Below are positions 20,195 through 29,824 of a stretch of 64,000 nucleotides of DNA, piece after piece. Under the pieces are notes generated by a model, which had not been told where the DNA came from, ran no database searches, and was given only the letters and a program-made list of their open reading frames with translations. Within the stretch, counting starts at the first letter, position 1. Each line of letters begins with the position of its first letter. Location: NCBI GenBank assembly GCA_965198225.1, contig CBDAOY010000008.1, positions 608,001 to 672,000 of the forward strand, given 5' to 3'. Position numbers and translations under genes: made by a program. The stretch comes from Terriglobia bacterium. GTDB lineage: Bacteria; Acidobacteriota; Terriglobia; 20CM-2-55-15.

Positions 20195-21595
20195 CTATCG
20201 GTCACGGCGCCGAACCGGATCCCATCCAAGCACTTCTATTCGGTACCGATCCCGCATGTGGTCCATCCCCGTCACGAGTTCGTTTCGTGCATCCCGGACC
20301 CGAATGAGGGCATCGAGTTTCATCCAGGCGGCGACGCGTCCCCCTAGATGAACCGCCAGCTTCCGCGAGCGTCTCCCGTAGAACCCGGCGAAAAGGCCGG
20401 TCGGAACCAGCAGGAGTGCGAAGGTGATCGTGGCGGTATTCGAGAAACTGAACCACACCGTCGCTATTTCCAGGCCATAGACCAGCGGGAAGGCGACCGT
20501 TGCCACCAGGATGTGCGTGGTCGAAAATGAAGCGGGATGACCGGTTTTCGAGACTTGACGTCGGCCAAACTGGCGAGTCAGGTAATAGGGCACCCCGTTG
20601 GTGAGGAAGCCGAATAGAGCGGGAACAGCACCCAACACCAACTCGGCGATCGCCTGAAACGGCGCAAGTGGTCCGGGCAGAAGGCGTGACGGTTCTTCGA
20701 CTAGCCTCGAGTCGATTCCCGCCTTTTCACGCAGAAGCTCGTAACGTCTGAGCGCGTCTTCGACCTCGCGAACAGCGGCGGGCTCGTTGTCGGCGTAATA
20801 GTTGAGACAGGCCGCTGTCCGGTAGAGAAGCTCGCCCCGAATGCCCCACCGGTCCACGCCTGCGAGTCCCGTTCCGTACGCCTGTCGGAAATAGACATCG
20901 GTAAGCCGTTCGACGAAGGGAACGCGATCGATCGATTCCACGTGGTAGGCGAGCTGGTTGAGCGCTTGTGCGATCCGTTCGGTCAGTTCCCGTATGGCCC
21001 TGCGTGGTGCATCCCGGTGCAGCTGCCCGAGGTCATCAATCGGGAATGGCCGGCCGAATCGGACGAAAGCGTCCGCGCGGAATCGACGACGTGGTTCGAA
21101 CTGCAAGCCGATGGGGACGATTTTCAAGCCCAGTTTGAAGTCGGCGGCGGACTCGGCCCGCAGGGCAATCCGCGCCGCCCCAGTCTTGACCGGTGCCAGG
21201 TGTGGATCGTCCTGACTGAGTCCTTCCGGAAACAGCGCGGTAACCAGCCCTTGCTGTAGAAGGGCTGCGTACCTGTCGAACGCTTCGATATTCTGTCGCA
21301 TCGCCCTGGGGTCGTCCTGGGCGCGAACGATGGGGATTGCGCCGAACGCTTCGAGTATCGGACGAAGCGGACGTTGGAACAGCGTGTGCTTTGCGCCGAA
21401 ATAAACCGGTCGGGACAGCACGTAAATCAACATAGCTGGATCCAAGATAGAGTTGGGGTGGTTCGCTACAAGCAGTAACGGCCCGTGGGCGGGAACCTGC
21501 TCTATTCCCAGCACCTGAACAGACCGGAAATACACCCGGAATGCAAGGCGGAGGAAACCCTTGATCGGGCTACGGAGCCATCGTCTCGGCGGCAT
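20195..21595 (-). CDS. Phospholipid/glycerol acyltransferase (PlsC superfamily) with C-terminal membrane domain
   Basis: NHPNSILD (HX4D), FGAIPIVR, LFPEG and KTGAARIAL motifs. Confidence 0.88.
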   Translation of the reverse strand: MPPRRWLRSPIKGFLRLAFRVYFRSVQVLGIEQVPAHGPLLLVANHPNSILDPAMLIYVLSRPVYFGAKHTLFQRPLRPILEAFGAIPIVRAQDDPRAMRQNIEAFDRYAALLQQGLVTALFPEGLSQDDPHLAPVKTGAARIALRAESAADFKLGLKIVPIGLQFEPRRRFRADAFVRFGRPFPIDDLGQLHRDAPRRAIRELTERIAQALNQLAYHVESIDRVPFVERLTDVYFRQAYGTGLAGVDRWGIRGELLYRTAACLNYYADNEPAAVREVEDALRRYELLREKAGIDSRLVEEPSRLLPGPLAPFQAIAELVLGAVPALFGFLTNGVPYYLTRQFGRRQVSKTGHPASFSTTHILVATVAFPLVYGLEIATVWFSFSNTATITFALLLVPTGLFAGFYGRRSRKLAVHLGGRVAAWMKLDALIRVRDARNELVTGMDHMRDRYRIEVLGWDPVRRRDR

Positions 21596-21699
21596 CGGTA
21601 GGCCAATTATAGGGGGCGTGTCGAGTCAGCCGATCGAAGGAGTTTCAGTACGAGGGCCCATGAGGTCATTGCAGATCGACTAGAGGAAATTCCACAATG

Positions 21700-21734
21700 G
21701 AGATTCGAGATTGTAGATTCGAGATTTGAGACTA
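21700..21734. repeat. Degenerate 7-bp tandem repeat (GAGATTC)n
   Basis: gagattc gagattg tagattc gagattt gagacta. Confidence 0.7.
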
Positions 21735-21774
21735 GGCGGTGGCCGGCTCCCGCCCGCAATTTCCAACAGTGCCG

Positions 21775-24159
21775 ATGTCCTTCTGCGCCTCAACTTTCCT
21801 TTTCCTGTTGACCCTGCAGTCGCTGACTGCTTCAGGGGTCGTGACCGATCAGTCTGGTGATGTCCTCCCAGGGGCCGATGTCGTGCTCGAGCATGTGACG
21901 AGTGGGGCGCGGCGCGAGACCCACACCGATCAGGCGGGATCGTTCCGTTTCGATAATCTTCAGCTGGGTTCCTACTCGGTGACGGTGGCGAAACCGGGCT
22001 TCTTCGCCGCGACGTACGACCTCGAGTTGGATGCGGGCAAGGTGATCGAGTTCGTCCTGGTGCCGGCCACCATCCTGGACCAGCAGGTGGAGGTGGTTGC
22101 CCGCCCGCTGCCGATCGACACGGAAGCCCTCTCCGTCCGCCAGGATGTCGGTGAACGTCAGATCCAACAGCTGCCCTACACCGGGAGGCGCAACTTCTTG
22201 AACGCCGTCACCTACATGCCGGGCATCATGCGCGACAATTTCGGGATTCTTCGCTTTCACGGATCGGAACGGGGTCAAGTCCGTTACCTGCTCGACGGAG
22301 TCAACCTGACCGACCCTTCTACTGGTTCGCTCACCTCCAGCATTCCCATCGATGCGGTCGAGACCGTGGAAGTCGACCTGGTGGGATTTTCGGTGGAACA
22401 CGGCAAAGCCTCGGGAGGTGTCGTGCGGGTCCACAGCCAGCTGATCGGTAACGAGTTCCGCTGGGACCTGACCGATTTCGTTCCCGGCGTGAACTTCAAG
22501 CGCGGCGCAATCGGTGAGTTCTCTCCGAGGCTTCACCTCTCCGGCCCGCTAGTCGAAGGTCGGCTCTGGGGGATGTACTCGGCCAGCACCCGCTACGTGC
22601 AAACCTACAACGATGACCTGCCGCGGGAGGCGGACAGCCGCAACGAGACCCGCATCGACCAGCTTGCGCGGGTGCAGTGGAAACCGAGCGATGGACACAC
22701 TGTGTCGTTGAACCTCCTGCACGGTTCGCTGTTCCTGGGCAACCTCGGCCTCGACGTCCGGCGACCTCTGGAAACCACCACGAATTTCCTTGACCGCAAC
22801 ACGACCGTGGCCGTGTCCAATCGAAAGGCGTCCGCTCGGGCGTTGCTTGAAGGACGACTGCAATGGACGCGACAACGGGAAACCCAGCTCGCGAAGGGCA
22901 CCGAACCCCTCGAAATCCGACCCGCGGGCTGGACCGGTAATTACTTCGGTGACATCGAGGACCGCAACGAACGGTTCAGTTTCAGCCAGACCCTGGCCTG
23001 GGAGACCTCTAGCACAAACGTCACGCACCGCTTCAAAATGGGTGGCGAGTTCGACTACGTCCGCGCGGAGGAATCAGCCCGGCGCCGGGGGTTCTTCGTT
23101 TTCGATGCGGAGGACCGGTTGGATACGCACGTCGACTTCACCGGGCCGTCTTCGGCTGAAATCCGAAACCGGGAGTACGGGCTGTTCTTCCGCGACCGAA
23201 TGGAGTTCTCCCGGTTTCAGGTCGAAGCCGGACTACGTCTGGACCGTGAGAGCATCGTCGGTGAGACGAACCTCGCGCCTCGCTTTGCAGTGTCTGTCCT
23301 GCCATTCGGCGACGAACGGGCAAGGGTGACGGCCGGCCTCGGCCTGTTCCACGACAACTTCGTGTTTCGCCGCCTGTTGCTGGCCCGTCTTCAAAGACGT
23401 TCAACGACGTCGATTACCGACGACGGGCCCGTTACTCTCGAAGCTGTTGGCCTTGGCGTCGCCGAACAGCTACACAACCCTTATGGCGTGCATTGGAACC
23501 TCGGATGGGCGCAGGAATGGGCGCCTCGCTGGGTGACGCGATTCGACTATGTCGAGAAACGCGGCCGCAGGCACGTCCGCGTCGCGGCCCCCTCGTCTGG
23601 TGATGGGTTCGGCCTGGTGGTGAACAATTCCGGCAGATCCATCTACAGAGCCCTGGAGATGACAATCGACCGCCCGATCCGCTCGGACCTTCGCTTCCTT
23701 GCCTCCTACACCTACTCCCGGTCGGAACGGCGGCCTTCAGTGTCGTTCGACTTTCCCGATCCAGCGCTGGAGAGTGTCGCCATGGCCCCATCGAACTGGG
23801 ATACGCCCCACCGGTTCGTCTCGTGGGGATACTTTCCGATGCTGTTCCAGACGCAGGGAGCGTTCACCCTGGAGGCGCGGTCCGGGTTTCCATTCACGAT
23901 TACGGACTCCCTTCAACGAAAAGTCGGGATCTACAACGCGGAGCGGCTACCGGCCTTTTTTGTTGTCAACTTCAATGTGGAACGGGAGATTCCTTTTCCA
24001 GGGGGGCGTCGTCTGGGTGTGCGGATCGGCGTCACCAACCTGCTCGATCGATTCAACCCGCGTTTCGTCGATTCGGTCCAAACCTCGCCGACGTTCATGA
24101 AGTTCAGTGATTCCTCAGGTCGCGGCTTTGTCGGTCGGTTGCGTCTCCTGAAGCGGTAG
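21775..24159 (+). CDS. TonB-dependent receptor
   Basis: Signal peptide, carboxypeptidase-regulatory-like domain (SGVVTDQSGDVLPGADV), plug motif (YLLDGVNLTDP) and beta-barrel. Alternative GTG start at 21739. Confidence 0.85.
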   Translation: MSFCASTFLFLLTLQSLTASGVVTDQSGDVLPGADVVLEHVTSGARRETHTDQAGSFRFDNLQLGSYSVTVAKPGFFAATYDLELDAGKVIEFVLVPATILDQQVEVVARPLPIDTEALSVRQDVGERQIQQLPYTGRRNFLNAVTYMPGIMRDNFGILRFHGSERGQVRYLLDGVNLTDPSTGSLTSSIPIDAVETVEVDLVGFSVEHGKASGGVVRVHSQLIGNEFRWDLTDFVPGVNFKRGAIGEFSPRLHLSGPLVEGRLWGMYSASTRYVQTYNDDLPREADSRNETRIDQLARVQWKPSDGHTVSLNLLHGSLFLGNLGLDVRRPLETTTNFLDRNTTVAVSNRKASARALLEGRLQWTRQRETQLAKGTEPLEIRPAGWTGNYFGDIEDRNERFSFSQTLAWETSSTNVTHRFKMGGEFDYVRAEESARRRGFFVFDAEDRLDTHVDFTGPSSAEIRNREYGLFFRDRMEFSRFQVEAGLRLDRESIVGETNLAPRFAVSVLPFGDERARVTAGLGLFHDNFVFRRLLLARLQRRSTTSITDDGPVTLEAVGLGVAEQLHNPYGVHWNLGWAQEWAPRWVTRFDYVEKRGRRHVRVAAPSSGDGFGLVVNNSGRSIYRALEMTIDRPIRSDLRFLASYTYSRSERRPSVSFDFPDPALESVAMAPSNWDTPHRFVSWGYFPMLFQTQGAFTLEARSGFPFTITDSLQRKVGIYNAERLPAFFVVNFNVEREIPFPGGRRLGVRIGVTNLLDRFNPRFVDSVQTSPTFMKFSDSSGRGFVGRLRLLKR

Positions 24160-24180
24160 GCGTGGGAAATTTCTTCATTC

Positions 24181-24328
24181 GAGATTCGAGATTCGAGATT
24201 GGAGATTGAAGACGCCGTGTGGCCGAGTTGAAATGTCCCGTGTCGGCTACCTCAATCGCAGAGGCCACTACTCGTATGTTTCGTCCCGCGTCCCTCAAAT
24301 CTCAAATCTCAAATCCGCAATTTCCAAT
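24181..24328. repeat. Two inversely oriented heptamer tracts
   Basis: (GAGATTC/G)x4 at 24181-24208 and (CTCAAAT)x3 plus degenerate units at 24294-24328, between convergent genes. Confidence 0.7.
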
Positions 24329-24333
24329 TCTCA

Positions 24334-25128
24334 CTAGCCCTGATCTTGCCCGCGCCGTCGGTTGATAAAGCCGATGACGCCTGGTAGGGCGCCCGCTGGC
24401 AGAAGCCTGGTGAGGAGCACGAATAGCCGATTGACGAGCCCCGGCACGACCAGGCGTCGGCCACGGAGGGTCTCCGCGTATGCGATGCGGGCCGCGGCTT
24501 TGGCCGTCATGCCCGAATCTCTCCGTTTCTCAGCGATGCCCGCGCGGGCGCGGAACTCGGTCTGTGTGACGCCAGGACAGAACACGGTAACGGTCACGCC
24601 GGTCCCTCCCAGCTCGTTTCGTAGCGACTGGGAAAACGAGAACAAGAACGCTTTAGAGGCGGCATACACTGACTGAAAGGGGACGGGTGAGAAGGAATAG
24701 ACCGAAGCTACGTTCAGGATCCTGCCGCTGCGGCGGGAAAGCATGGCCGGAAGCAGCGCTCGGGTGAGCCTGAGGGCTGCGGTGAGCTGGAGGTTCAGCA
24801 GTTGGACGTTCTCTTCGATGCTCGTAGAGGCAAACTCGCCGTGGACGCCGAAGCCGGCGTTGTTGACGAGCACCTCGTACCGGTGAGGTTCGGTTCCGAG
24901 CCTGGCGATCAGTCCCTCGAGGCCTTCGCCCCTGGAGAGATCGGCCGAAACGACATCCGTCTCCACCTTGTGCTTGCTGGAGCATTCCGCGGCTACCTCC
25001 GCCAACCGCGCTTCATTGCGCCCGGCAAGGAAGACGTTGAAACCGCCGGCGGCGAACTCGAAGGCCAGAGCCCTACCGATACCGGACGAGGCCCCTGTGA
25101 TGACGACCCATTGCGCGTCCGCGGTCAT
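24334..25128 (-). CDS. Short-chain dehydrogenase/reductase (SDR)
   Basis: TGASSGIG, LVNNAG and YAASK motifs. The ATG overlaps the AGPS stop (ATGA). Confidence 0.92.
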   Translation of the reverse strand: MTADAQWVVITGASSGIGRALAFEFAAGGFNVFLAGRNEARLAEVAAECSSKHKVETDVVSADLSRGEGLEGLIARLGTEPHRYEVLVNNAGFGVHGEFASTSIEENVQLLNLQLTAALRLTRALLPAMLSRRSGRILNVASVYSFSPVPFQSVYAASKAFLFSFSQSLRNELGGTGVTVTVFCPGVTQTEFRARAGIAEKRRDSGMTAKAAARIAYAETLRGRRLVVPGLVNRLFVLLTRLLPAGALPGVIGFINRRRGQDQG

Positions 25129-26951
25129 TGCACGTTCGGGTCCTGATTGCCGGCGCCGAACACGTTCGCCGGGTCCAGGCCCTTCTTCAGCTCGCGTTTC
25201 CACTCCAGCGCCGCTTCCGACATGATCCTCGGCAGGTAGGCACGGCGCAGTTTCCCCACGCCGTGGTGGTGCGACAGCGATCCGCCGGACTTCAGAATTT
25301 CGTCGCGAGCGGTGTTTTCCAATTCGAGGTAGACTTCCTGCGGGTTCGGAATTCCTTTGAAGTAGAAGCCGAAATAGAAATAGATACACACCCCGGTGCT
25401 ATAAACCTGGGTTACGCGCGCCGTCACGTAAGGCCTGCCGGGCAAGCCGCGATGTGCGTACTCCTCCCTCAAGCGCCGCCTTACATTCTCAGTGAGTGCG
25501 AGCGCGTCGCGCCATGAGACGGACGTCTCGAATGATTCCGCGATGATGTGGTAGTTCATGAGGAAGTCGCGGATGTAGGCGATGCTGAAGGTGAGCTGAT
25601 AGCCACGCCGGCCGTTCTCGCTACCGGCCTTCATGCCGCCGTGGCGGGCCGCGATCCGGTAGAGATCGCGCTGTTGCTGTCTGACTTCCTGGCGGGACCC
25701 TTCAAAAACGAGCGTACACGCCACCATCTTGTCGGGTTCGAACCCCTTGACCTTCGTGACGAAGAACCTTTCGGCCCTGCTCTTCAACGCGGCCAGCCCG
25801 CTCGACTTCGGTTTCAACGCCAGGCCGAACTGGAACTGGAGATTGTCGACGAGACGGACGCTCGCCGGTGGGGTGGCCTCGCGCGTGAGGTCGTACATGA
25901 ACCGGAATCCGTCCTCGAAGGTCGGGAACAGGACCGATCCGTACTCCTCGGCCTCGGGCAAGGGAAAAATCTTGACGACGGCCGATGTGATGATGCCGAG
26001 AGTGCCTTCCGAACCGAATATCAACCGCCGGAGATCGAGGCCGACAGACTCGCGGGGCGAAACGTTCGAACGCCTGAGAGCACCGGCTGCCGTGGCGACG
26101 TTCACGTCGAGCACGAGATCCTCGATGTTGCCGTACCGGTTCTTCTTCATGCCGCTGGCGTTGGTCGCGATCCAACCGCCGAGCGTGGAGAATTCGACGC
26201 TGTCGGGTTCGTGGCCCATGGTGACACCGTACTTTGCCAGCTCGGACAAGATGCGGCGACCGGCGGCCCCTGCCTGAATGCACGCCATCATGTTGCGGTC
26301 GTCAATCCAGAGGACCCGGTTCATGCGACCCATATCGACCGATACGATGACGCGCGGCTCGTCCTGACGGCAGCGAAGGGCGTCGGTGACGTTCGTGCCG
26401 CCGCCATAAGGGATCAGGGAGACATCATGCTTCTTGGCCGCTTCGATCAGGCTGCTCACCTGATCTTCCTCTTCCGGGTACACGACGAGGTCGGGCGTCC
26501 GGCCCAGGTTCCCGTATTTGATCGCGTACATCTCTTCCTGCGTGTGGCCGTGCCCGTGCCGCAGACGGATCTCGGCGCTGTCATCGAGCTGGTTCGGGTT
26601 CAGGAACCGGCTGATGTCAGCCAGGAATTCGGGAGATTTCTTCGGACCGGGAATCGTGGTCGGATAGCGCGGGACGTTGACGTCTGCGGGATCGATCTGG
26701 ACTTCGAGGACCTCCCTCACCCACGGCAGAAACCGCGGGAGTTCCTTTCCGCTCAGTTCGTAGCGCGTGCCCCGGATGGTAACGTGCCCGTTCTCGCTGA
26801 AATCGAAGCGGGTGTCTCGAAAGCCCCAGACATCGAGGCTTTCGGCCTCGCCGGGATCCTCAGGCGGCGGGTGCTCGGGAACGATCAACGATCCGTCAGA
26901 GGCGGACTTTGAGGACTCGATGTCTTGGGGTGGCGGTTTCTCGAAACTCAA
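25125..26951 (-). CDS. agps: Alkyl-dihydroxyacetonephosphate synthase (FAD-linked oxidase, AGPS-like)
   Basis: GHEPDSVEFSTLGGWIATNASGMKKNRYGNIEDLV, GSEGTLGIIT, ESFETSVSW, RVTQVYSTGVCIYFYFGF and SLSHHHGVGKLR, which closely resemble eukaryotic AGPS motifs. Confidence 0.85.
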   Translation of the reverse strand: MSFEKPPPQDIESSKSASDGSLIVPEHPPPEDPGEAESLDVWGFRDTRFDFSENGHVTIRGTRYELSGKELPRFLPWVREVLEVQIDPADVNVPRYPTTIPGPKKSPEFLADISRFLNPNQLDDSAEIRLRHGHGHTQEEMYAIKYGNLGRTPDLVVYPEEEDQVSSLIEAAKKHDVSLIPYGGGTNVTDALRCRQDEPRVIVSVDMGRMNRVLWIDDRNMMACIQAGAAGRRILSELAKYGVTMGHEPDSVEFSTLGGWIATNASGMKKNRYGNIEDLVLDVNVATAAGALRRSNVSPRESVGLDLRRLIFGSEGTLGIITSAVVKIFPLPEAEEYGSVLFPTFEDGFRFMYDLTREATPPASVRLVDNLQFQFGLALKPKSSGLAALKSRAERFFVTKVKGFEPDKMVACTLVFEGSRQEVRQQQRDLYRIAARHGGMKAGSENGRRGYQLTFSIAYIRDFLMNYHIIAESFETSVSWRDALALTENVRRRLREEYAHRGLPGRPYVTARVTQVYSTGVCIYFYFGFYFKGIPNPQEVYLELENTARDEILKSGGSLSHHHGVGKLRRAYLPRIMSEAALEWKRELKKGLDPANVFGAGNQDPNVQ

Positions 26952-27057
26952 ATCGCGATTCTATGCGTCTTTCCCCTCGAACTGAAGCGGAAAAGAGCGA
27001 CCGTGCCCAAGGGTCGCGTCCCTCCATTCTCACCACGCCGGGTTCGGTTCAACTATA

Positions 27058-27783
27058 ATGATGGTCCCTATGAACAAGGCCGCTTTCTACGATCTGGACG
27101 GCACTCTGCTTTCCTGCAACCTGGTGTCCACGCATGCCTACTACGCGCGCAACGACCGCTCGCCCGTCCGCAGTGTGTACCAGTTCATGAAAGTTCTGCT
27201 GAGCGTGCCGATCCTGTTCGGACTCGATCTGTACTCGCGGTCCCTGTTCAACGTCTTCTCGTTCCGGGCATACCGCGGTATGCCCCGCGACCGCCTGATC
27301 GGCCTGGCTGACGACCTGTTTGAGGTCACCCTCAAGCCGTCTATCTTTCCACATGCGCAGACGCTGATCGACACCACGCGCGAGCTCGGTTACCGCAACG
27401 TGCTGGTGACCGGCACACTCGATTTCACGATTCGTCCCGTAGCGCTTCACTTCGGCATCGATGAGGTCATCTGTAACCGGCTGGAGTTCAAGAACCACGT
27501 CGCCAGCGGCCGCGTGGTCGGGACGCTATTGGCCGAAACCGAGAAGGCTCGTTCGATCCGCGAGTACGCCGCGAGGGAAGGTATCGACCTTGCCGACTGC
27601 TGTGCCTTCTCCGACGCCTCCGCCGACGTTCCGATGCTGTCGGCTGTGGGCCATCCAGTGGCGACGAACCCGACACGAAGGCTTCGACGAGTCGCCCAGC
27701 AGAAGCGCTGGCCGATTCTGGAACTCCGCGAGGCGTCACCCAGCTATCCGTCATTCCTGAAACCGGCCAACTCCGTTCGTTAG
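27058..27783 (+). CDS. HAD-superfamily IB hydrolase (SerB-like phosphatase)
   Basis: AAFYDLDGTL, VLVTG and AFSDASADVPMLSAVGHPVATNP. Confidence 0.88.
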   Translation: MMVPMNKAAFYDLDGTLLSCNLVSTHAYYARNDRSPVRSVYQFMKVLLSVPILFGLDLYSRSLFNVFSFRAYRGMPRDRLIGLADDLFEVTLKPSIFPHAQTLIDTTRELGYRNVLVTGTLDFTIRPVALHFGIDEVICNRLEFKNHVASGRVVGTLLAETEKARSIREYAAREGIDLADCCAFSDASADVPMLSAVGHPVATNPTRRLRRVAQQKRWPILELREASPSYPSFLKPANSVR

Positions 27784-27788
27784 ATTCA

Positions 27789-28428
27789 GTGTAGGTGCGC
27801 TCTATGAGCGCACATCGTTTCGGTTCGAGGATTGTGCGGTCATAGACCGCACCTACACCGTCGTGGAGGAAGGGGACCAAGCCGCGACGGATTTCAAACC
27901 TCAAATCTGCAATGAGCAACCTGCAATGTGGATTCTTTCAAATATCGCAATTTGCGATCGCACAGAAAGAGAGCCCCGTCTAATCGCAGATTTGTTAGTG
28001 CACAAATCCGCATAGGAAGTCGGAGCTTGGAAATTGCTGGATCTCGCATTGGTTCGGATCTGATGGCTCTAAAACTCAAGTGTAGGTGCGCTCTATGAGC
28101 GCACATCGTTTCCGTTCGAAGAGTGTGCGGTCATAGACCGCCCCTACACCGTCGTGGGGGAAGGGGACCAAGCCGCGACGGGTTTCAAACCTCAAATCTG
28201 CGATGAGCAACCTGCAATGTGGATTCTCTCAAATATCGCAATTTGCGATCGCACAGAAAGAGAGCCCCGTCTAATCGCAGATTTGTTAATGCACAAATCC
28301 GCATTGGAAGTTGGAGCTTGGAAATTGCTGGATCTCGCATTGGTTCGGATCTGATGGCTCTGAAGATCAAGTGTAGGTGCCCTCTATGAGCGCACATCGT
28401 TTCGGTTCGAAGATTGTGCGGTGATAGA
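27789..28428. repeat. Tandem array of 291-bp units, each starting with a REPIN
   Basis: Units start at 27789, 28080 and 28371 (exact 291-bp period). Units 1 and 2 are highly similar throughout; unit 3 is cut at 28428 by an IS21 end. Confidence 0.9.
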
Positions 28429-29824
28429 CCTCGGCGGTCACCCAAAACCGGCCAATGGTGGTCACCTGAAAACCGGCCAACGAACATAGATAAGCCCGGG
28501 ACATTGACACCGACGGGAAGCCGAAACAGGCTCCGTCGGCATGAGCAATGTCTTGAGCACAGAAAAGAGAGAGCAAGTTGTTGCATTGGGGCGGCTTGGA
28601 TGGCCGCTGCGTCGGATCGAACAGACCACCGGCGTGCGTCGTGAGACGGCCAGTGCGTATCTGAGAGCGGCCGGAATCCCCATTCGGCCGCCCGGGAGTT
28701 GGGGCCGGCGACCGGCAAAACCGGCCAACGAGGTGACCACCGACCCGGACGGCGTAAATGGTGTCGTTGAGGGGTTTGGCGGTTCCGATACTTCAAAACC
28801 GGCCAACGAAGTGACCACCGACCCGGAGGCCGAGAATCCGGTCTCGGCAGAGTCGTCGGCTCCCCCTCCAAGCCCACCGTCGGGCAGTTCCTGCGAGCCG
28901 TACCGGGAGACCATCCAACAGGCGCTGGAGCGTGGCCGCAACGCGATGGCGATCTGGCAGGACCTGGTCACGGATCACGGTTTTGTCGGCAGCTACGAAT
29001 CGGTCAAGCGTTTCGTTCGCAAACTCCGGGGAGTGCGATCCCCGGAAGCGGTCGGAATCATCCAGACCGGAGCTGGAGAGGAAGCGCAGGTCGACTACGG
29101 GACCGGACCGATGGTCCGGGATCCGAAGACGGGCAAGTACCGACGGACGCGGCTGTTCGTGATGACGTTGGGCTACAGCCGCAAATCGGTCCGGCTGCTG
29201 ACGTTCAAGTCCAGTTCCCGCATCTGGGCCCAGTTGCACGAGACCGCGTTCCGCCGACTCGGCGGCACTCCCCGCCTCATCGTGCTGGATAACCTGCGCG
29301 AAGGCGTGATCGTCCCGGACCATTACGACCCCACCCTGAATCCGTTGTTTCGAGATGTCCTGACCCATTACGGCGTGGTGGCCATGCCATGCCGGGTGCG
29401 CGATCCAGACCGCAAAGGCAAAGTCGAATCCGGTGTCGGGCACGCCCAGAAGACCCCATTGAAGGGACAGCGCTTCGAGAGCCTCGACCAGGCCCAGGGG
29501 TATCTGGATCGCTGGGAAGTCCGATGGGCCGACACCCGCATCCACGGCACGACCAAGCGGCAGGTGGCGGCCATGTTCGCCGAAGAGAAACCATCTCTTA
29601 AGCCGCTGCCGATCGAACCGTTTCGCTATTACCAATTCGGTGAACGTGTCGTCCATCTCGACGGTTGCGTCGAAGTCGAAGCCGCCTATTACAGTGTACC
29701 GCCGGGCTGGATCGGACGGGGTGTCAAGGTCCAGTGGGACACGCTTCACGTCCGGATCCTGGACCCAAACACCTATCCACTCCTCCGCGAGCATGTCCGC
29801 CAGAAGCGGGGTGGATACCGTGTC
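28429..29824 (+). mobile_element. IS21-family element, right part deleted
   Basis: Left end CCTCGGCGGTCACCCAAAACCGGCCAA with a second repeat, matching the end at 62397. istA follows; no istB or right end. Confidence 0.85.

Noticed and set aside
27789-28428. CRISPR array interpretation of the periodic palindromic repeats
   Set aside because: The repeats are ~70 bp, the spacers are ~220 bp and nearly identical to each other, the same unit occurs singly elsewhere, and no cas genes are present.
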